64,000 nt of DNA from Micavibrio sp. UBA6147 (GTDB lineage Bacteria; Pseudomonadota; Alphaproteobacteria; Micavibrionales; UBA1664): assembly GCA_002423185.1 (NCBI GenBank), contig DIUX01000002.1, forward strand, positions 900,229 to 964,228, in the 5' to 3' direction. The notes under the pieces were generated by a model, which saw only the letters and a program-made list of their open reading frames with translations, was not told where the DNA came from and ran no database searches. The position numbers and the translations under genes are program-made. The number at the start of each line of letters is the position of its first letter. The stretch's first letter is position 1. Of this stretch, positions 46,722 through 54,510 are shown in pieces.

Positions 46722-49487
46722 TTAACGCCCAAGGGTCGGAAGGGCGAATGGGCGACGATAGCGCGGGGCTTCGACGCCGTTTTCCAAGACCGTGTTGCCC
46801 GCCATTGTTTGCAACGGTGCCGGCAAAATACCGGTGCCGCGCAGATGTTCGCGAATGGCCTGAATGGCGTTGCCGTCATCTTGCCCGCGCAAAATAACAC
46901 CCGCCGTTGGCCCAAGCGCGTATTGCGAGCGCAGCTCAATATACTGGCCTTGCTGTACGTCTTCATAGTTAAAGGCCGATGTCGACACAATATCGTTGGT
47001 GGTGCGCAGCAAGGTTGATTCAAAGCCGGACGGCATGCGGACACGCACGTCACTGTGATAGCCTTGATATTGCGGCGTCATGAAGGTGAGCTTGCCGACA
47101 GTCATGTCTTGCGGAACGGCAATACGATAGACATATTCGGTAATCTCACCATTCGCATCACGAATGATCTGTGCCGGCGCGCCGGCTTGCAGGGTAAAGC
47201 TGTGAAGCTCATCCGCAGGGTTTTGCATGGCTTGCTTAAGCTCGACCATGGTGCGCAGGTTTTCTTCCCACCGCTCGATATTCACAAAGCCTGCGCCGCA
47301 CCGCGTGTGGAACGGCAATCCCGCGCCATTGGTTTGGAATTCGGCATAGAACGGCCCGTTTCTGGAGCGGTCATTGACCGGCCGTCCGGTTTGCGGATCA
47401 ATATCGATGTCCAGCATATTGCGGTCGGCGGTCATCAAGGCGACCGCCATGATTTCCTCAAACGTCAGGACGTTGCCGTACCATTCCAGAAATTGACGCC
47501 CTTGGGCGGCAAGACTTGGCGTGGCGAAGGATGTGCCCTCCATCTGGCGGCCGCGATATTCGAACGGCAAAGCCTCGCACACATCGGCACCACCATTGGA
47601 ATAGGGGGAAACGATGATGGCGTCCGTGCCGGTCAGGCCGCGATATTGCCCCACCGCACCGACATTGACGGAGCGTGGAGAGTGAATGGCGGCATAGGAC
47701 TGGACGTATGGCCCGTCTTTTGGATACCAGTTTCCGGCGGCATTGAAGATGATCGGGCTGGCCTCGTTGATGGCCTCCAGCAGCAGCCGAAGGGATTCGT
47801 ATGTCACATCGTCTGGATAGCGCGTGTCGCGTTCCGCATCAAGTTCATCCACGCCGATATCGGTACGGTTGATCGCCATGCTGTGGCTGAAGACCACACG
47901 TTCGTTCAGGCCACTTTCGCGCAGGTCGAGCAACATTTTTAAGGCGTCGCTGTTGTTGCGGGCGGAAGGATAGCTGAGCAACAATTCATCAAGCGCGAAA
48001 AAGTCGTTCAAATCGACATTCGGGTTGATGGCATAGCCCGTGTTCATGGTTGTCCGCAGAGTTTGCTTGCCGTGATAGCTCTGTGACTCCACAACGACCA
48101 TATACACGTCTTGCGCCGTGGTGGGGTCGTAGCTAGGCGGCGGGGTAAGCTGCGGCAAATTATCAAGTCCGGCATTATGGAACGGGAAGAAAAAGACTTC
48201 GCCGGCCGTGCCTGTGTACGTGCCGTCAATCACGGCCTGTTCATCCAGCCCGTTGAGGCGAGCAATTCCACGCAGGACGTCTTCGGTCGTTGCCCCGTCA
48301 CGGAAGAAAGCCTCGCGTTGATACGGGGCGATGTCTTGGAGCGTACGGCCATTCGGCAAGGTGAATTGACCGATCATATATTCCGGCGCAACCGGAATCA
48401 TCAAGGTTTCATCAGCAACCAGCGGGCGGCTCGCGCCCTGCGCATCAACGGTGATGCTGTTGAGCGCGGCAATCCGGCTGGCGGCTTCCTCTGGGGTTGC
48501 GGCGTCCATGGTGTGCATGAAGCGATAGCCAAGCGTTTCGAGCGTGTCGCCGGTCTTGACGGTGTATTCCTCAGGTCCGCCTGGGGCAGCATCGGGGTAA
48601 TCAGCCAGCGTCGCGCCGTATCGGGTGAAGAAATCAGGGTCAATTTCGGTGATCTGGCGGGACATATCGCGCAATTGGCGCAAATTGCCATAGACGATTT
48701 GTTCAAAACGATCATCCGTGATCATGCCGTTTTGGCGCAAAACATCAAGCGCGACAATATTGATCGCCAAGGCCGTGTAGTCTGCGGAAAAGCGGAACTG
48801 ACTGAAATTCGCGCCTTGGCGGAACGTCACACCGGTTTCGTCTTTGACGATGTTATAGATTTCGATGGCCGTGTTGATGTGGCCTCTGTATGTGCGCTGG
48901 GATTGGTTGATCGCCATAAGAATATGGTCAATCGCGTTCCAGCCGCGCCCATCGGTTTGCAAGGGGTCGGCACCGGCCTCGACCGCCGCGCGAACCAATT
49001 CGGAATCATCGATCGCTTGCGCCATCCAGATGATCTTGCCGAATAATGTCGTGCCATCGGCGGGGTTAACCGCGTTGGGGTTTGCGCCGGCTGCAAGCAA
49101 GGCTCTCACGGTTTGCGCGGCATTGAGCAAAGCCGGATCTTGGGGTGGTTGATACCGCAAAACGGCCACAGCATCGGACGATGATAACGCCGTGCGCATG
49201 GTGTTTTCCATGGCGGCGAGCGTTGTTGAAAGCTGGGTGTCGAGCTGTTCTTGCGTGAGGGTGGCAAGTTGCGCCGCATCGGGGACACTCGGAATCGTGA
49301 GGGTCAAGGGCGCATCAGACTGGGGTGCAGCCTGTGGTGTGGCGTCGGTCATGTTGATGACAGGGCCGGACATAGAATTCGCAGGAGACTCGGCGTCTGC
49401 TGCGCTGGCATTAAAAATACCGATTAAAGAAAAACTTGAAACAATAGCCGCGGCAAGCGCGGTCCTTAGACCTCGTTTTTGTCCCAC
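46722..49487 (-). CDS. secreted multidomain protein: signal peptide, ankyrin-like repeats, LysM-like motif, C-terminal subtilase (S8)-like domain
   Basis: GTG start with GGAGG 8 nt upstream. Signal sequence ...IGIFNASA/AD. ANK-like LLAAGANPNAVNPADGTTLF and AVEAGADPLQTDGRGWNAIDHIL. LysM-like YTVKTGDTLETLGYRF. S8-like IIFNAAGN and EGTSFATPSLAAQG. Confidence 0.8.
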   Translation of the reverse strand: MGQKRGLRTALAAAIVSSFSLIGIFNASAADAESPANSMSGPVINMTDATPQAAPQSDAPLTLTIPSVPDAAQLATLTQEQLDTQLSTTLAAMENTMRTALSSSDAVAVLRYQPPQDPALLNAAQTVRALLAAGANPNAVNPADGTTLFGKIIWMAQAIDDSELVRAAVEAGADPLQTDGRGWNAIDHILMAINQSQRTYRGHINTAIEIYNIVKDETGVTFRQGANFSQFRFSADYTALAINIVALDVLRQNGMITDDRFEQIVYGNLRQLRDMSRQITEIDPDFFTRYGATLADYPDAAPGGPEEYTVKTGDTLETLGYRFMHTMDAATPEEAASRIAALNSITVDAQGASRPLVADETLMIPVAPEYMIGQFTLPNGRTLQDIAPYQREAFFRDGATTEDVLRGIARLNGLDEQAVIDGTYTGTAGEVFFFPFHNAGLDNLPQLTPPPSYDPTTAQDVYMVVVESQSYHGKQTLRTTMNTGYAINPNVDLNDFFALDELLLSYPSARNNSDALKMLLDLRESGLNERVVFSHSMAINRTDIGVDELDAERDTRYPDDVTYESLRLLLEAINEASPIIFNAAGNWYPKDGPYVQSYAAIHSPRSVNVGAVGQYRGLTGTDAIIVSPYSNGGADVCEALPFEYRGRQMEGTSFATPSLAAQGRQFLEWYGNVLTFEEIMAVALMTADRNMLDIDIDPQTGRPVNDRSRNGPFYAEFQTNGAGLPFHTRCGAGFVNIERWEENLRTMVELKQAMQNPADELHSFTLQAGAPAQIIRDANGEITEYVYRIAVPQDMTVGKLTFMTPQYQGYHSDVRVRMPSGFESTLLRTTNDIVSTSAFNYEDVQQGQYIELRSQYALGPTAGVILRGQDDGNAIQAIREHLRGTGILPAPLQTMAGNTVLENGVEAPRYRRPFALPTLGR

Positions 49488-49657
49488 TTTGGTAGCCTCC
49501 TCTGAAACTTTTTTATTTTTATTTTTATTATTTTTGTTTTTTAGTCTTATTTATAATCGAACTACAGTAAGAGCAGTTTTGCCAAAAGGCAATTCCCTAA
49601 AATTAAAAAAATCACAAGCCTGTTGAAAAAGTGTGAGCGCCTAGGCCGTTCAGCGGT

Positions 49658-50020
49658 CTATACGTTAAGGATTTTCACAAGATATTGATGTAAGAAGTAC
49701 CCCGCCGGAAGCAGCGCAAGACCGATGGCGTAACTCAACCAAAACCCCATATTCCACTTTTCGGTGAAAAAGAATGGCAGGAAAAATAACCATGACACGG
49801 GCACAGCGATGATAATGCTGCGGGCATAAGATGCCGTGGCGGCAACGTCTTTGTGGTCAAGATAGGAAAACGCAAGGGCAAGGATGGACACCAGTGGCAA
49901 CGCGGTGATAAACCCCGCCAGATGCGGCTTTTTCCCCGACAACCACGACGCCAGCAAAATGACCCCGACGGCGATGACAATCTTGACACAAACAAAGGGT
50001 GACGGAAGCGCGATTGACAT
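49658..50020 (-). CDS. small 4-TM membrane protein, GlpM-like
   Basis: 120 aa with four hydrophobic segments. VKIVIAVGVILLASWLSGKKPHLAGFITALPLVSILALAFSYL resembles the GlpM-family N-terminus by eye. Confidence 0.55.
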   Translation of the reverse strand: MSIALPSPFVCVKIVIAVGVILLASWLSGKKPHLAGFITALPLVSILALAFSYLDHKDVAATASYARSIIIAVPVSWLFFLPFFFTEKWNMGFWLSYAIGLALLPAGYFLHQYLVKILNV

Positions 50021-50122
50021 GAAAGTCCCTTTCTGAAGGCTCGTTAAGCCGATGATGGTTTGCGGCGGTTGAACGGATTTGGTTCTTGCTGTATTTCCTG
50101 TGTTTCCTGTGGCTTTTAGCCT

Positions 50123-52147
50123 TTATGTCTTGACGGCGTCGTCCGGCGCGGCGGGGTCGAGAATGTCGGGTCCGGTGTTTTGTGCGGTTTTGGCCGCGTT
50201 ATGATCTTCGCTGTATTGCGATGCTTCGGCCTCGTTCTGGCGCTCTGCTTTTGAGGGTGTGTCCATGCCTTTATCGGAGGCATCCTTGTCGCCGGCACCA
50301 CTGCCCCATCCACTGCGGCGGTTGAGGTCGCTGACGCCGTGATGGTCGTCGGCGAGAACGATCTCCAACTCGTCTTGCGAACGCCTTGCAAAGGAGATGA
50401 GGTCTTTCTCGTTTTCGAAAAATTCGAAGGAGCGATGCAAGACATCTTCGTCATAATACATGAATTTCATTGCCCTGTTGCGCGCGTCATAGGCGCGCAT
50501 GCCCAAGCTTTGAAGGATTTGGCGACCAATCCACAAAGACGAGTCAAACAATTCGCGGCGGAACACATCCACGCCGGCTTTGTGAAGCTCATAGGCATGG
50601 CGACGATTGCGGGCGCGGGCAAAAATTTTCAAATGCGGAAAATGCTCCTTCGCCAGATGGACAATGCTCAAAATCCGGTCGGGGTCGTCAAAGGTGACGA
50701 CAAGGATTTTAGCATCCGCAGCACCCGCCGATTTCAAAACATCAAGGCGGGTCGGGTCGCCGAAATAGACTTTGTTGCCGAACCGCCGCAAAATGCCGAT
50801 TTGTTGAGGGTCCTGTTCAAGGATCAGGGGGTTATGCCCCTGCGCAATCAAAAACCGCCCGATGATTTGCCCGAACCGCCCATAACCGGCGATGATGATC
50901 TCGGCACCATGATGGTCAATCGTGTCAAAATCTTCTGGATCTGCTTCATCGCTGCGGCCGAAGGATTTGATGATGAAACGGTCATTGACGATCATCAAAA
51001 TCGGGGTTGTGAGCATCGACAAGGCAACAACGGCGGACACGATGGTCGCAATGTCGGGCAACAACACACCGCCCGCGACCGCGACTTGCGAAATGACGAA
51101 GGCAAATTCACCGCCTTGTGAGAGCAACACGGTGAAGGTGCGGTTATGCGGCGTCCGCATGTTGAACAAAAACGACAAGCCGAATAAAATGCCGGCCTTA
51201 ACGGCGATCAATACAATGACGGAAATGACGACAACCAGCGGTTCCGCCATTAAAGTGTCAAAATTGATCGACATCCCGACAGAGATGAAAAACAACCCGA
51301 GCAACAACCCTTTGAACGGTTCGATGTCGGCCTCCAGCGTGTGGCGGTATTCAGAGTTGGCCAGCACAACCCCCGCCACAAATGCCCCAAGCGCTGCCGA
51401 CAGGCCGAGAGATTGCATCAACAGCGCCACCCCGATAATCAGCAATAGGGAACTGGCGGTAAAAATCTCGCGCATCCGGCTTTCGGTGATGTAACGAAAC
51501 GCGTGGTGGATCAGGTATCGTCCGGCAAACACAATGACGCCGACAACAATCAAAATCTTGAACGGTTCAAGCCATGCAGGCAGGTCGAAAACAGAATGTT
51601 GAACCCCGTGACCGACATCGCTATTCGCGTCAATCGTCGCCAAGAGCGGTAGCATGGCGAGCAAGGGAATGACCGCGATGTCTTGAAACAACAACACCGA
51701 AAAGGCGTTTTGCCCCATCGGCGTTTTAACGAGGTTTTTTTCGTTCATGATCTGCAGCACCATGGCGGTGGAAGACAGCGACAGTGCCGCCCCGATGGCC
51801 AATGCCATCTGCCACGCCATAAAGAATGACAGCAAGGCCGACAAAACCATCGTGGTCAAAAGCACCTGAAGCCCGCCAAGCCCCAAAATAGGCTTACGCA
51901 TCGCCCATAATGTGCGCGGTTTGAGTTCCATCCCGATGAGGAACAACATCAACACAACGCCATATTCAGAAAAATGCATGACGTCTTCGGTGTCTTTGAC
52001 AAGGCCAAGGCAAAACGGCCCGATCAAAATGCCGGCAATCAAATATCCCAAAACAGACCCCAGCCCGCCTTTTTTGGCAAGCGGGACAACCGCAACCGCG
52101 GCGGCAAGAAAGACGAAAGCGCTCAAAAGAAAACCGGCTTGTTCCAT
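50123..52147 (-). CDS. glutathione-regulated K+ efflux system protein (KefB/KefC type, CPA2 + TrkA-N)
   Basis: Polytopic Na_H-exchanger-type N-terminal half and Rossmann motif IIIAGYGRFGQIIG. The acidic C-terminal tail is longer than I expect for this family. Confidence 0.9.
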   Translation of the reverse strand: MEQAGFLLSAFVFLAAAVAVVPLAKKGGLGSVLGYLIAGILIGPFCLGLVKDTEDVMHFSEYGVVLMLFLIGMELKPRTLWAMRKPILGLGGLQVLLTTMVLSALLSFFMAWQMALAIGAALSLSSTAMVLQIMNEKNLVKTPMGQNAFSVLLFQDIAVIPLLAMLPLLATIDANSDVGHGVQHSVFDLPAWLEPFKILIVVGVIVFAGRYLIHHAFRYITESRMREIFTASSLLLIIGVALLMQSLGLSAALGAFVAGVVLANSEYRHTLEADIEPFKGLLLGLFFISVGMSINFDTLMAEPLVVVISVIVLIAVKAGILFGLSFLFNMRTPHNRTFTVLLSQGGEFAFVISQVAVAGGVLLPDIATIVSAVVALSMLTTPILMIVNDRFIIKSFGRSDEADPEDFDTIDHHGAEIIIAGYGRFGQIIGRFLIAQGHNPLILEQDPQQIGILRRFGNKVYFGDPTRLDVLKSAGAADAKILVVTFDDPDRILSIVHLAKEHFPHLKIFARARNRRHAYELHKAGVDVFRRELFDSSLWIGRQILQSLGMRAYDARNRAMKFMYYDEDVLHRSFEFFENEKDLISFARRSQDELEIVLADDHHGVSDLNRRSGWGSGAGDKDASDKGMDTPSKAERQNEAEASQYSEDHNAAKTAQNTGPDILDPAAPDDAVKT

Positions 52148-52214
52148 GGCGTTTGCTGTATGTCCTTTCGCGGGGGTTGTTCGTATTTTTTGGTCGTTTT
52201 GGTTTGGCGTGTGC

Positions 52215-52754
52215 CTATGTTTTGTTCTTGCCGAGTTTGATCAGGAGCTTTCTGTATTGTTCGGCGTGGTCTTTGATTTTCTTAGGGGTCGCGTGATGTG
52301 CGTCATAGAAAAACAGCGGCGGCAAATAATTCATGTGGCATAAATGGGCGGTTTGCGCCATCGGGCTCATGAAGGTTTCAATGGTATGGCGGTTATAGCC
52401 TTTCTTGCCATAGGAATCTTCATGCCCGCCTGTGGACACGGCACAGAGCAAGCTCTTGCCATTCAAGGCGCGATCCCCGTCGGCATACGCCCATCCGCGC
52501 TGAAGCACTAGATCAAGCCATTCTTTCAGGAGGGAGGGCGTGGAATACCATTGAAACGGATATTGCAAAACGACAATGTCATGCTCAAGCAAGCGTTTTT
52601 GTTCCTTGCGCACGCGAATGTGAAAATCGGGGCTGGCCTCATACAAATCGTGAATAGTGACGTGGTCGAGCGTTGATGCGGCCTCGATCATGGCTTTGTT
52701 GACGTGGGACAACTGGAATTGCGGGTGCGCCAGAATAATCACAATGCGTTTCAT
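52215..52754 (-). CDS. KefF/KefG-type ancillary NAD(P)H oxidoreductase (flavodoxin-like fold)
   Basis: KRIVIILAHPQ..., VTIHDLYEASPDFHI and PSLLKEWLDLVLQRGWAY closely parallel E. coli KefG/KefF as I recall them. It lies directly upstream of the Kef transporter. ATG at 52754. Confidence 0.85.
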   Translation of the reverse strand: MKRIVIILAHPQFQLSHVNKAMIEAASTLDHVTIHDLYEASPDFHIRVRKEQKRLLEHDIVVLQYPFQWYSTPSLLKEWLDLVLQRGWAYADGDRALNGKSLLCAVSTGGHEDSYGKKGYNRHTIETFMSPMAQTAHLCHMNYLPPLFFYDAHHATPKKIKDHAEQYRKLLIKLGKNKT

Positions 52755-52941
52755 AATGGGCATCCTGTCCTTCCTGCACGGGCGCGGGGTGTCTATCGCG
52801 GTGTTTTTTATGGGGTGTATTGGCGTTTTGCTGGGCGGATGGCTTGCAAATATTTTCATGGGCTGCCGCTATCGGTGTCATGACCCGCGACAAAACATTT
52901 TTACACCCCTTTAAAAAACACGTTCGACCACGCTTTGTAAA

Positions 52942-52983
52942 GGGGGCAAGGCGGTTTGTGCGCGATATATTTTGTCTTGCCCC
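52942..52983. repeat. inverted-repeat element A (GGGGGCAAGG ... CTTGCCCC)
   Basis: 8-bp stem GGGGCAAG (52943-52950) / CTTGCCCC (52976-52983) with a 25-nt loop. It is related to element B at 53366-53423. Confidence 0.6.
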
Positions 52984-53036
52984 GCGCCTCATCAGGTGGA
53001 GGAGGCGGGATTGCCGACGTCGCGCCGTGATCCCAT

Positions 53037-53213
53037 TTATTTTATGTAGTCGCAGCTGCTGAAAAGGCACAGATATTCAAGCCGACCATCGCCGTTATCT
53101 TCACTGCCCAGAACGAGCGGGAATTCCTGCACGTAAGACAGGGCGTAAATGAATAAAAAAACAGCCATGCAAAGACTAAAACTGATCAATTTGTTGCTAA
53201 GTCCGTTGTGCAT
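53037..53213 (-). CDS. possible small membrane protein (58 aa)
   Basis: ATG at 53213 with AAAGGA 6 nt upstream. One TM (LISFSLCMAVFLFIYALSYV) and a Cys-containing tail. It is short, so this is weakly supported. Confidence 0.35.
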   Translation of the reverse strand: MHNGLSNKLISFSLCMAVFLFIYALSYVQEFPLVLGSEDNGDGRLEYLCLFSSCDYIK

Positions 53214-53365
53214 ATCGTGTCCTTTCTGCGTAAGTTCCACTTATACAAAGGGTGCTCACAGTCGGGTCATGTCATAGGCACGATACGGAAGTATAATAAG
53301 GTTCAATGCCGTAACGACTATGACCTTGCATCACAATAAGCGATAAGAAAAGAAATCTCATCGCA

Positions 53366-53423
53366 AGGCGGGGGCAAGGAGGATGCCGAGAGGGGTGTTT
53401 TCGTCTGGATTTTGCCCCCGCCT
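53366..53423. repeat. inverted-repeat element B (AGGCGGGGGCAA ... TTGCCCCCGCCT)
   Basis: Perfect 12-bp GC-rich stem (53366-53377 / 53412-53423) with a 34-nt loop. It shares GGGGGCAAGG and TTGCCCC(C)GC..CTC..AT with element A. Confidence 0.65.
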
Positions 53424-53584
53424 CTCATGATGAAGTGAGTACTATGATAATCATACCACAAGTTATTAAATATGGAAAATAAAAAAGATTTTTAAAATAT
53501 TATGCGAGGAAAACCAAGGCTTTCAGGCGCCTTTTGTGCCGAATTTTTGCTGGGCTCGGCGCGCCGAATATACAATGTCAGTAC

Positions 53585-54448
53585 TCACTTCCCGAGCGTG
53601 ACGTCCAGCCCGATATCGAGAGCCTGAACACTGTGCGTCAGGGCGCCGACGGAGATCAAATCAACGCCGCTTGCGGCAATGGCGGGCAGGGCGTCAAACG
53701 TAATCCCGCCCGAGGCTTCGCACAGGATATTGCGGCTGTTTTTGCGCCGCTGTACCAAGGCGACTGCCTCGCGCAATATGTCGCCCCGCATATTATCGAG
53801 CAAAACGGCGTCAATCGGGTGGTTGAGGGCTTCGTCAAGCTGAGCCAGAGTGTCGACTTCGACCTCTATTTTCACCATATGTCCGGCGTTGCTGCGTGCT
53901 GCGGCAATGGCGGGTTCAATGCCGCCTGCAATGGCGATGTGGTTGTCCTTGATCAAAATGCCGTCATCAAGCCCGAAGCGATGGTTGCGCCCGCCGCCCA
54001 TGCGCACCGCATATTTTTGTACCGCGCGAAGCCCCGGCATGGTTTTGCGTGTGCATGTAATCGCGGCTTTCGTTCCGGCAATCGTGGCGACATAACGCGC
54101 GGTGTTGGTGGCGATGCCGGACATGTGACTCATGAAATTCAGGGCAACGCGTTCGGCGCTTAAAATGGATTGGGCGTTGCCGCTGATCGTGACAATCGCA
54201 TCCCCCGCCTTAAGGCGGGCCCCGTCTTGCCTATGGCGCGCGACAACAAGGGCAGGATCAAACACCGCAAACGCCGCGGCGGCAACCTCAACCCCCGCCA
54301 AAACCCCATCCTCCCGCGCCTGCATCACCAACACCCCGCGCAAATCAGGCGGGATCAAACTCTGTGTCGTCACATCCACCCCATGCCCAAGGTCTTCAAG
54401 CAAGGCACGGCGAACAAGATCGTCAATCACAATACGGGGGAGGAGCAT
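53585..54448 (-). CDS. nadC: nicotinate-nucleotide diphosphorylase (carboxylating)
   Basis: QPRTase pattern: TRKTMPGLR, YAVRMGGGRNHRFGLDD, ILIKDNH and EASGGI. Confidence 0.93.
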   Translation of the reverse strand: MLLPRIVIDDLVRRALLEDLGHGVDVTTQSLIPPDLRGVLVMQAREDGVLAGVEVAAAAFAVFDPALVVARHRQDGARLKAGDAIVTISGNAQSILSAERVALNFMSHMSGIATNTARYVATIAGTKAAITCTRKTMPGLRAVQKYAVRMGGGRNHRFGLDDGILIKDNHIAIAGGIEPAIAAARSNAGHMVKIEVEVDTLAQLDEALNHPIDAVLLDNMRGDILREAVALVQRRKNSRNILCEASGGITFDALPAIAASGVDLISVGALTHSVQALDIGLDVTLGK

Positions 54449-54510
54449 GGCGCTGCTTTTTCTTTCGAGGTAAGAATTAAAGACGAGGGATTGTACTGTT
54501 GCGGGGTGGG

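Noticed and set aside
35850-48400. There is an apparent local excess of GTAC / CGTACG(T) strings, about 30 by eye in the hut genes versus about 3 in the 4.8-kb GDH gene. This might indicate horizontally acquired DNA or restriction-site avoidance elsewhere.
   Set aside because: All instances I checked are explained by in-frame codon pairs (GTA-CGT, CGT-ACG, xCG-TAC). Other core genes such as tldD also have about 3 per kb, so the contrast is heterogeneous. I cannot compute proper k-mer statistics by eye. A tetranucleotide z-score or codon-usage scan would decide.
53378-53428. A 15-codon ORF (MPRGVFSSGFCPRLS) lies inside inverted-repeat element B, directly after AGGAGG.
   Set aside because: The SD-like AGGAGG abuts the ATG with no spacer. 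The peptide simply translates the hairpin arms, so a repeat or structure explanation is more parsimonious.
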